From the NCBI GenBank assembly GCA_019057475.1, contig DXJO01000009.1, forward strand, positions 1-27,026: 27,026 nt of DNA, written 5' to 3'. Shown one piece after another: positions 20,143 through 26,944 of the stretch. How positions within the stretch are numbered: the first letter of the stretch is position 1; the number at the start of each line of letters is the position of its first letter. The notes under the pieces are model-generated. The model was not told the origin of the DNA, did not search any database, and saw nothing but the letters and a program-made list of their open reading frames with translations. The DNA comes from Candidatus Thorarchaeota archaeon (GTDB taxonomy: Archaea; Asgardarchaeota; Thorarchaeia; Thorarchaeales; Thorarchaeaceae). Made by a program: the position numbers and the translations under genes.

Positions 20143-20616
20143 ATGAGCCTTCTAGAAAGATTGGGTGAATACCTCATTTGGGCAGATGCAGCAATCTGGG
20201 AGATTGTGAAGGATTTGAGTGATGAGGAGTTCGACAGATCCTTTGGCGAATATGGGGGTAGTACTAGGAAGCGGTATACTCACTTGGCAGAGGACACTTG
20301 GGAGTGGTATCATGACTGGATTGGGAAGGCCCCCGAGCAGGAGCCAGACTTCCAGAACATGACGAGGGAGCAACTCTTTGACTGTCTGTCGGATTATAGT
20401 CACAGGTTCATTGAGATGATTGAACACCGAGCAGTGGGAGAAATTGAGCTTAAGACAGCAGGAAAAGCAATCCCATTGTCATTCGATGAAATCCTCTTCC
20501 ATATTGTCAACCATGCCACATATCATCGAGGACAGATTGTGATGGGGCTACGAATGCTTGACAAAGAGGTACGCATGACAGATTATGTCCCATATAGGAT
20601 TGACACAGCAGAGTAG
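20143..20616 (+). CDS. DinB/YfiT family protein
   Basis: YLIWAD, first His in YTHL, ILFHIVNHATYHRGQI. TTTATCA box about 25-30 nt upstream of ATG 20143. Confidence 0.88.
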   Translation: MSLLERLGEYLIWADAAIWEIVKDLSDEEFDRSFGEYGGSTRKRYTHLAEDTWEWYHDWIGKAPEQEPDFQNMTREQLFDCLSDYSHRFIEMIEHRAVGEIELKTAGKAIPLSFDEILFHIVNHATYHRGQIVMGLRMLDKEVRMTDYVPYRIDTAE

Positions 20617-20637
20617 TGAAGTGTTTCTTGCCATAAG

Positions 20638-20666
20638 GAAAAGAATGCTCAGCAGTGAGCAGAAGG
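20638..20666 (+). repeat. Array repeat copy 3
   Basis: GAAAAGAATGCTCAGCAGTGAGCAGAAGG. Confidence 0.85.
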
Positions 20667-20669
20667 CAA

Positions 20670-21251
20670 TTAGAGGGTTTTCTTCTTCAGAAACTCGTTT
20701 CTAAGTAGTCCAAAGAAGATGGTACCTGAAGAAGTTCCATCAGGGTTCTTCTTGTTTTCTCTAATATGACCTTCTTTAGCAAACCCGCATCTTTCTGCAA
20801 CACCAATACTCCTGACATTAGTATCATCTGTTTCGATTCGTATTCTATGAGCATTCAGAATCTCAAAAAGTGATTTGACTACAGCTTTCACAGCCTCTGT
20901 TACGTATCCTTTTCCCTCATGTTCTACATCTGCGAAATAGCCGATTCCAAACTCAGGCATATTCCGACCTATAGGACCTATGTAGAGCTGAGCCACAAAC
21001 TGTTCGGACTCTTTGAGGAAAACCCCCATGAAGAAATGAGTACGTTTTTCCCACTCGTTTACAAGATCAGCTATCATCTTCTTAGCATCTTCTTCGGTCT
21101 TGATTTCCATTGCTGGATTTTGTTGTTCATACCTCTCTAGATGTGCATGGTTTCTCTGGCTCATATCAAAATACCAGCTCTCGTCACCTTCACGATATGA
21201 ACGGAGAATTAGTCGACTAGTTTCTATGACCGATGGGAGTGTGGTATCCAT
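20670..21251 (-). CDS. RimJ/RimL-type GNAT acetyltransferase
   Basis: IETSRLILR, IGYF...EGKGYVTEAV, NVRSIGVAERCGFAKEGHIR. Confidence 0.9.
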   Translation of the reverse strand: MDTTLPSVIETSRLILRSYREGDESWYFDMSQRNHAHLERYEQQNPAMEIKTEEDAKKMIADLVNEWEKRTHFFMGVFLKESEQFVAQLYIGPIGRNMPEFGIGYFADVEHEGKGYVTEAVKAVVKSLFEILNAHRIRIETDDTNVRSIGVAERCGFAKEGHIRENKKNPDGTSSGTIFFGLLRNEFLKKKTL

Positions 21252-21343
21252 ATCATAGACACCTTGCCTTAGTGATGCCCAAGAACATAATCATATCTCA
21301 GTTCCGGTAAAAAATAATTTGTTCTAGTTTGAGAGATAATTGC

Positions 21344-21468
21344 AAAATGAAAGGGTGCTCAGCAGTAGGCAAAGGGTAAGCTCCCGATAGCGTCGGGGCA
21401 ACCTGACGATTGCACCGCTACCCCGTCTTAGCCTGCACCTCAATCTGTCCGAGGATAGGATATGCAAT
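21344..21468 (+). repeat. Array repeat copy 4 (long, structured form)
   Basis: 21349-21440 is nearly identical to 24791-24883, with weaker similarity for about 28 nt further. Confidence 0.95.
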
Positions 21469-21511
21469 GGTGCGCAGCCTTGTGGGCATTGTGTCTGAGG
21501 ATGTGACCATA

Positions 21512-21913
21512 CTAGTACGACTCGATAATCAGACCCGAGATTTGCTGAAAGTGCTTCGTGTTGCGTGTAAGTAGTCTTCGGATCCCATATGCAAGAGTGG
21601 TTCCAGCAATCATAACGTCACGAGCCCCAACTGGTTTCCCTTTGTTCATCACATCTGCTAGAAGCCTTGCTGACTCCATTGCTGCTTCTCTCTCAAAGGG
21701 AAGAACTTCCATTCGTGTCAGAACCTGCTCAAGCTCTTCAGCTCGTTTCTTCATCTTCGATTTCGAGGTGTTCTTTGAAATCCGATACAACCCTGTGTAT
21801 AGCTCGAAGACATTGACCTCTGATGTGTAAAGCGCCTGCTCCTCTGAGCTGGTTAGCCATGAAATTGCCGCGTCGTCCTTTCTGAGAAGGTCCACCAAGT
21901 ACGTCGTGTCCAA
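21512..21913 (-). CDS. vapC: PIN-domain toxin VapC
   Basis: (L)DTTYLVDLLR, NVFELYTG, RDVMIAGT, LLTRNTKHF. The true start may be slightly upstream, overlapping the antitoxin stop. Confidence 0.92.
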   Translation of the reverse strand: MDTTYLVDLLRKDDAAISWLTSSEEQALYTSEVNVFELYTGLYRISKNTSKSKMKKRAEELEQVLTRMEVLPFEREAAMESARLLADVMNKGKPVGARDVMIAGTTLAYGIRRLLTRNTKHFQQISGLIIESY

Positions 21914-21918
21914 GAGTA

Positions 21919-22167
21919 TCAGCTGAGGTCAACTCCTTCCGGACGAAGGGTTTCTCGTATCCCGTCAAATGTGTCCTCCAGCCGTGCAATCTCCTCACAG
22001 GTCAGGTCACTCCAACCTTCCGACGACTCAGCCCATAGACGTAGTGAGGCTGATGTCTTTGTTCTACAGAGTCGGGCGATGGCGTCCCCAAAGCTCTCTC
22101 CGGGAAGGCGCATCTTCTTGAGAAGATTGTAGACTTCCTCTGTGATTGAGATTGTCTTCGAACCCAT
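21919..22167 (-). CDS. vapB: Archaeal VapB-type (RHH) antitoxin
   Basis: KTISITEEVYNLLKKMRLPGESFGDAIARL, directly upstream of vapC. Confidence 0.88.
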   Translation of the reverse strand: MGSKTISITEEVYNLLKKMRLPGESFGDAIARLCRTKTSASLRLWAESSEGWSDLTCEEIARLEDTFDGIRETLRPEGVDLS

Positions 22168-22178
22168 TCTAGCTCACA

Positions 22179-22212
22179 ATCTACATATACATATGTAGAT
22201 ATATAAAGATGT
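22179..22212 (-). promoter_or_regulatory. vapBC operator palindrome plus TATA box
   Basis: Perfect ATCTACATAT-AC-ATATGTAGAT inverted repeat abutting CTTTATAT on the - strand. Confidence 0.75.
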
Positions 22213-22403
22213 GCACGGAATCAAGAGCTAGAGGCTATCCTAATCCCAATGTGAGAGAACCGATTCCAGCACAATGAAGGAACCTCAAGGACAGATACCT
22301 ACAATCCCGATTGGTTAGGCATTCCAACCATAGGTAGGTGCAGATAAGCATCAGACTTCAATACTAACAGATGTGGCTGTATGTGAAATTGAGTTGAAGA
22401 TGG

Positions 22404-22982
22404 ATGACTCGACATTACGCACTCTTCTTCGATGGAGCATGTGAACCAAGAAACCCCGGCGGTATCGCTTCATATGGTTTCCAGCTCGCGGTCAATGGAA
22501 AAGAGCTATTGAGTAACAAGGGAGTAGTCGGGGAAGGACATGGTATGACAAACAATGTTGCTGAGTATCATGCACTTATCCAAGGATTGAACTGTGTCAA
22601 ACAGCGGGCTGAGAAAGGCGATACAGTTGCGGTCATTGGTGACAGCCAGCTGGTCATAAGACAGATGACTGGGGCTTACAAAGTCAGATCGCAGAGTATC
22701 ATTCCGCTATTTGCTCGAGCTAAGAAACTGCGAAATCAGCTTCGTGGGAAAGGAGTTCGAGTGCGTTTCAAATGGGTACCAAGAGATGAGAACGCCGTGG
22801 CTGATGCGCTCTCTCACGCAGCGTTTGAAGAGTACTGCATAGAGAAGGGCTATCTGTTCAGCGCGTGTGAATGTGGTGGTACACTCATTCCTCGAAAAAA
22901 CACAAAGACCGGCCACAAGTTTTTCGGTTGTTCAAGATTCCCCGAGTGTAGGCGCACTGCACCTTTTCCTGATAAGTCCTGA
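22404..22982 (+). CDS. Ribonuclease HI fused to a topoisomerase-type C4 zinc ribbon
   Basis: FDGACEPRNPG, TNNVAEY, GDSQLV, WVPRDENAVAD, then CECGGTLIPR...FFGCSRFPEC. Confidence 0.88.
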   Translation: MTRHYALFFDGACEPRNPGGIASYGFQLAVNGKELLSNKGVVGEGHGMTNNVAEYHALIQGLNCVKQRAEKGDTVAVIGDSQLVIRQMTGAYKVRSQSIIPLFARAKKLRNQLRGKGVRVRFKWVPRDENAVADALSHAAFEEYCIEKGYLFSACECGGTLIPRKNTKTGHKFFGCSRFPECRRTAPFPDKS

Positions 22983-22995
22983 CAATCTGTGGAAG

Positions 22996-23037
22996 GAGGA
23001 GGAATGTTCAGCAGTGGGCAAAGGGAAAGCTCTCGAT
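22996..23037 (+). repeat. Array repeat copy 5
   Basis: GAGGAGGAATGTTCAGCAGTGGGCAAAGGGAAAGCTCTCGAT. Confidence 0.85.
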
Positions 23038-23124
23038 TCAGCTAACCCGTCATCTTTTACACATTCGTTTCACGAATGAATGCCGCTTGGTGTGAAATCA
23101 AGAGCTCGTAGGAATGGAGATTGT

Positions 23125-23712
23125 CTAGCTTGGCCTCTGTGAGATTATCCACACTTCAATGAGGACTCCGGCAAGTTGGGACAGTGAAACTATATGCATA
23201 TCTGGACTGTTTGCAGATGGGTCAACAAGCTGTACTGAATCCCCATCCAAATCCTGCACTAGAGCAACATGCTCCTCATCATCCCCTCCCGTCAGTTTTC
23301 GCTGATTAATACATACCACCACATCGTCATCGTAATTCAGGTGATCTATCAGGAATCCATCCAGAGTGGCAATGCTGGCCGCCCGATAACGAAAAAGATG
23401 GAGCGGTATATTATGTCGATTGAAGTATCGTTGAATTGAGAATTCCTCCGATCTTGTCTGTGTCCCCCATCCTGATTGTGGTTTGGTGCCTGTCCGAACC
23501 CAACTGAAGTGACACGTGGCGTCCTCAGGGACAATCAGTCCTAGCTCATTCCCGATCAACTCCTGTTCTGGAACTGGCATCTGGCGCCGTTCGAATACCA
23601 TCTGGAGGATTGCTGGCACACAACAAAACGGCAGTTCAAGCCTACGCTTGTACGGAGGATTGACTCTCCCTGGCGTTTCTCGATTGCTTGGCATAACCAT
23701 TACTAAATACAC
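23125..23712 (-). CDS. Papain-like (C39-like) cysteine peptidase domain protein
   Basis: CCVPAILQM (Cys-helix), EEHVALV (His) and LVDP (Asp) in the C39-like order. Start uncertain. Confidence 0.65.
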   Translation of the reverse strand: MYLVMVMPSNRETPGRVNPPYKRRLELPFCCVPAILQMVFERRQMPVPEQELIGNELGLIVPEDATCHFSWVRTGTKPQSGWGTQTRSEEFSIQRYFNRHNIPLHLFRYRAASIATLDGFLIDHLNYDDDVVVCINQRKLTGGDDEEHVALVQDLDGDSVQLVDPSANSPDMHIVSLSQLAGVLIEVWIISQRPS

Positions 23713-23781
23713 TGATTGTTCGTTTAATGCTGTCGGAGTTCATTGACAGAGTGTCAGCTGCAGAAAAGAAGTGTTGCAGAA

Positions 23782-23814
23782 GAAAAGAAGGGTGCTCAGC
23801 AGAGGGGATGGGCA
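23782..23814 (+). repeat. Array repeat copy 6 (diverged after the core)
   Basis: GAAAAGAAGGGTGCTCAGCAG-AGGGGA-TGGGCA. Confidence 0.8.
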
Positions 23815-23915
23815 GGATCCGTGGAATCTGCCCCGGCCGCTCTTATTTTGGTTTATGAGGTAGGAGCCTTCCATGTGGAATCGTGTCGAAGAGTCTGACT
23901 ATTGTACAGACTTGA

Positions 23916-24677
23916 CTACGATGTTTCGATTGGATTGCGAATCGGAATTCCCAAGTAGCCCCGGATATTGTAGAAATGTTCTCTCTCATGCTCCAGAAGA
24001 CGTCTCAAGACTTTATGGGCAGACCATAGTTCGTCTGGGTAGCTCGTGTATTCTGATCTAGTAAAGCACTTCCCGGATACCAAAGGAATCATCTCTCCAA
24101 GGGTTTCAACACAGGCGATTCTCACAACACTAAGTCTATCAATGATCGGGAGTTCCTGAATCTCCGACTCCGTCATGCCCACATTTCTCCTGTACGCGGT
24201 ATCTGCATCCGGACCCAAGCGTGAAACGTAGAACTCCTCGGCATTGCATACGTGAGATAGAATATCCAAGATGTTGCGTTTCTTGTGCGGCGGAACCATT
24301 AGCATCATTTGCGGGCGAATGTCTGCAATCAGCTCTTGCAAGTCTCTCCTGCTGTGACTCATTAGATGAATAGCTCTCTCAAGTGAAAGCTGAGTCACCT
24401 TCCTCCTATCAAACTCAAAGAAGGCGACCTCCCCACCCGACTCTCCGAGTTTGCGGATACCGGCCAATTCCTCACCAATTACAATCTTCGGCTCGGTAAT
24501 CTCAGATATATCCTCGTCATGACGCCTTAACCAATCAAGGTGGTACTGCAGCTCCTGCTCAAGTCTGTCCAAGAGAACCAATCTGCTATGGGCTCGAGCA
24601 TGTGTTCCCAAGTAATCTATGAACCTGCCATACCAGATTCCAGTGTTGCTGCGCTCAATGGCCACTGCTAGATCCAT
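23916..24677 (-). CDS. HicB-like N-terminal domain fused to a DinB-like domain
   Basis: N-terminus AVAIER...WYGRFIDYLGTHARA; C-terminus ILSHVCNAEEFY...KVLRRLLEHEREH. Confidence 0.65.
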   Translation of the reverse strand: MDLAVAIERSNTGIWYGRFIDYLGTHARAHSRLVLLDRLEQELQYHLDWLRRHDEDISEITEPKIVIGEELAGIRKLGESGGEVAFFEFDRRKVTQLSLERAIHLMSHSRRDLQELIADIRPQMMLMVPPHKKRNILDILSHVCNAEEFYVSRLGPDADTAYRRNVGMTESEIQELPIIDRLSVVRIACVETLGEMIPLVSGKCFTRSEYTSYPDELWSAHKVLRRLLEHEREHFYNIRGYLGIPIRNPIETS

Positions 24678-24786
24678 ATTATGTCACAACCACACTTTAT
24701 GTTGATTTCACTGGTCTTGTTTCTAACTCAACAGGGTGGTGATAAAGACCTCTGGATATGGCTTCTCCGCTGGTAGCAATACATTA

Positions 24787-24911
24787 GAAAGAAAGGGTGC
24801 TCAGCAGTGGGCAGAAAGGTAAACTCCCGATGGCGTCGGGGCAACCTGACGATTGCGCCGCTACCCCGTCTTAGCCTGCACCTTACCCTGTCCGAGAACA
24901 GAGTGAGCAAT
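24787..24911 (+). repeat. Array repeat copy 7 (long, structured form)
   Basis: Near-identical to copy 4. Confidence 0.95.
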
Positions 24912-24961
24912 AATAAACAGACTTCGAGGCGAAAAGTAAATGTGGAGTTGGTGCAGGATTC

Positions 24962-25345
24962 TTAGATTACCTTCGAATGTTCTTCAATCCAATCAGTGAG
25001 TTCTTCTGAGTCGATATCCCCCTGAATAACTCCTAGGAGAGTGGTTTCTGCATTCTCTACGGTAGCAGTTAGTCTGTAACCATTCAGAAGTAGAAAGACC
25101 TTTGCAGCTGTCCATGCAGTTCTCTTATTTCCATCTACAAAGGGATGTCTTGTAGCAATGCAATGAAGTAGTGTAGCAGCCTTAGACCATATCGAAGGAC
25201 TTGTTTCAGTACCAAAGATGGACATCATTGGGAGTGCTACACAGTTCTCCAGAGCTTCTTCAGAGAGAATGCCATCCTCTCCACCAAAGACCTCAATCAT
25301 TCTATTGTGAATGCCCATTATCTCATCGAATATGAGATACCTCAC
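24962..25345 (-). CDS. doc: Death-on-curing (Fic/Doc) toxin
   Basis: HPFVDGNKRTA Doc-type motif and IHNRMIEVFGG. Confidence 0.92.
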   Translation of the reverse strand: MRYLIFDEIMGIHNRMIEVFGGEDGILSEEALENCVALPMMSIFGTETSPSIWSKAATLLHCIATRHPFVDGNKRTAWTAAKVFLLLNGYRLTATVENAETTLLGVIQGDIDSEELTDWIEEHSKVI

Positions 25346-25370
25346 TTCTAAGAACTCCCAAGATTAGCAC

Positions 25371-25580
25371 TTACTGTGCTAGTTTCTCGAGGAGCTCCGA
25401 ATCTTCCTTGACAATCTCATCGAGAGCTTTTTTGAAGGCAGCATCGAAATGCTTTCCACGAGCCTTCACACCACATAGACGTAGAATCGTGTCGTCAATC
25501 CGTTCACCTGGAAGCCTCATCTTCTCTATCAGTTCATAGACCTCCTCTGAGATTGAGATTGTCTTTGTAGTCAACGACAC
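25371..25580 (-). CDS. VapB-type (RHH) antitoxin partnering Doc
   Basis: KTISISEEVYELIEKMRLPGERIDDTILRLC, homologous to 21919..22167. Ends in ELLEKLAQ. Confidence 0.85.
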   Translation of the reverse strand: MSLTTKTISISEEVYELIEKMRLPGERIDDTILRLCGVKARGKHFDAAFKKALDEIVKEDSELLEKLAQ

Positions 25581-25586
25581 CAGGCC

Positions 25587-25629
25587 TCAATGGTACATCG
25601 ATTGTGATTGATATAAAGATGTACATTGA
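25587..25629 (-). promoter_or_regulatory. TA promoter with inverted repeat bracketing the TATA box
   Basis: TCAATGGTACATC...GATGTACATTGA (one bulge). Shares ATATAAAGATGT with 22201-22212. Confidence 0.65.
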
Positions 25630-25662
25630 ATATGGATTCATCTTTAGATAATTGAAGAATGC

Positions 25663-25702
25663 GAAATGAAAAAGTGCTCAGCAGTGAGCAATGGGTAATC
25701 CC
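25663..25702 (+). repeat. Array repeat copy 8
   Basis: GAAATGAAAAAGTGCTCAGCAGTGAGCAATGGGTAATCCC. Confidence 0.85.
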
Positions 25703-25848
25703 TCAATACTCTATCACCGCCGCCTCTATTTCTCTCTACCTTCTTGTATGCGCTTTCCGTCAATATCCCTTCTAGTGAAAACAAAAAGAATTAGATATAC
25801 AGAGGCAATATGCTCAGAGCAAATGATATTGCAAACTTGGACATGGAT

Positions 25849-26790
25849 TTAGTCTGGAAGTCTATTCAATTGTGTCGTTTCAATTAGGTTATACTCCTTG
25901 AGAGCTTTTAGACATTGGACGGTTATTTTTCCAGCCCATTCTTCTTTAGCGATTGGCCAAACAGCTTCATATTGGCCCCACTCCCAAGTCGGCCACCAAC
26001 CTCCGTCATCAGACTGTCTTTCAATTTCAGAGTCAAGAAACACATGTACTGTATCAGGGAAGAGTCTATACATGATTGATTCGGGATCAGGTGCTAATGA
26101 AAAAATTCTAATCTCACGCAGTGTTTTTTCATTCAGTGGCGAGATTTTTCGTAGCGTGCGCTCGATTTTGTCTTCTGCTTTCATCCTTAGAGATTCGGGG
26201 AGGCAGTGACAGGCGCGATTCCAGCAAATTACATCATAGAGAAGTCCCTCGATATATTTCGAGCTATCAAGATTGAGGAGAACTCGTCTATTGACTAAGC
26301 TCAATACTTCTTCAGGAACATGGATCGCGTACTTATTCAGGTATCCTACAAGCTCAGCATTTGGATTCGGCCACTTCGCTTCTGGTGGTGATGTGATCTC
26401 GTCTGCATGCCACCAGGGTGCATGTGGTTCTTCATTTACATCCATGAATGTAAAAGGCCAAAATCCACCATCCGATTGATAGGTTGAAATCAGATATTTG
26501 ATGGCAGATTGTACGATGATGTCTTCGGGATCTACCTCGATTTCAACACAATATTGTAGTCCCACTGATGTGGCCATCGGAGAAGATGCTTCGAGTCTGA
26601 AATCAGGTTCTATAGCATTGCCAAAACCTCCATCTGGGTTCTGGTACTTAGCTAAAGCCCTCAAGACTTCATTCTTAGAACCATTCTCGAAGTGATATTC
26701 GAACAGTTTCCTATCAAGAATCCGAGCATGATTTCTAACAAAATCGCATGCTTGATGGAATTTTCCTCTCTTCAGTAGCAGTTCATTCAC
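25849..26790 (-). CDS. Prenyltransferase/squalene-cyclase repeat (alpha/alpha toroid) protein
   Basis: QW-like repeats QNPDGGFG, QSDGGFW and QSDDGGW, plus HAPWW. The first track codons (26791-26811) appear to belong to the IS end, so GTG at 26790 is used. Confidence 0.75.
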   Translation of the reverse strand: MNELLLKRGKFHQACDFVRNHARILDRKLFEYHFENGSKNEVLRALAKYQNPDGGFGNAIEPDFRLEASSPMATSVGLQYCVEIEVDPEDIIVQSAIKYLISTYQSDGGFWPFTFMDVNEEPHAPWWHADEITSPPEAKWPNPNAELVGYLNKYAIHVPEEVLSLVNRRVLLNLDSSKYIEGLLYDVICWNRACHCLPESLRMKAEDKIERTLRKISPLNEKTLREIRIFSLAPDPESIMYRLFPDTVHVFLDSEIERQSDDGGWWPTWEWGQYEAVWPIAKEEWAGKITVQCLKALKEYNLIETTQLNRLPD

Positions 26791-26944
26791 CGTTACCCGA
26801 AACCTAGACAATCCTAGACATCAAGGTCCTGAACTGATGTTCGGTTCCTGCTTCATCGAGGTTGCTTTTTGTTAATTCCGAAGAATTAACTGAAAGTCTT
26901 ACGTCCTCTCCACGGGCATTTTACGTCCCCGGCCAACTGACGGT
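26790..26944 (-). ncRNA. TnpB omegaRNA-like scaffold / IS607-like right end
   Basis: The - strand reads ACCGTCAGTTGGCCGGGGACGTAAAATGCCCGTGGAGAGG...GTTAATTC-TTCG-GAATTAAC...CCTCGATGAAGCAGGAACCGAAC...TGTCTAGGATTGTCTAGGTTTCGGGTAACGG. It has GCCYGTGGAG and TGAAGCAGGAA blocks that I recognise from tnpB 3' regions, a cUUCGg hairpin, tandem direct repeats and an AACGG end. Confidence 0.7.

Noticed and set aside
21354-21460. SAM-I riboswitch resemblance (GC-AAAGGG...CCCGA...GCAACC)
   Set aside because: It lacks the AUC/GAU P1 and GGUGC P3 partner, and no + strand gene lies downstream; it faces a convergent toxin gene.
24791-24911. 5S rRNA, SRP RNA Alu domain, RNase P end or tRNA
   Set aside because: No CCGAAC loop, no SRP S-domain and no T-loop or cloverleaf; the resemblance is superficial. 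An Rfam scan would settle it.
19049-25702. CRISPR array
   Set aside because: Intervals are 0.5-1.7 kb and contain whole genes, the repeats are degenerate, and there are no cas genes.
8343-26790. Eukaryote-like CAAX prenylation pathway (ICMT + CAAX protease + prenyltransferase-fold protein)
   Set aside because: The genes are far apart in separate modules, all are widespread prokaryotic families, and there is no alpha subunit or evident CAAX substrate.
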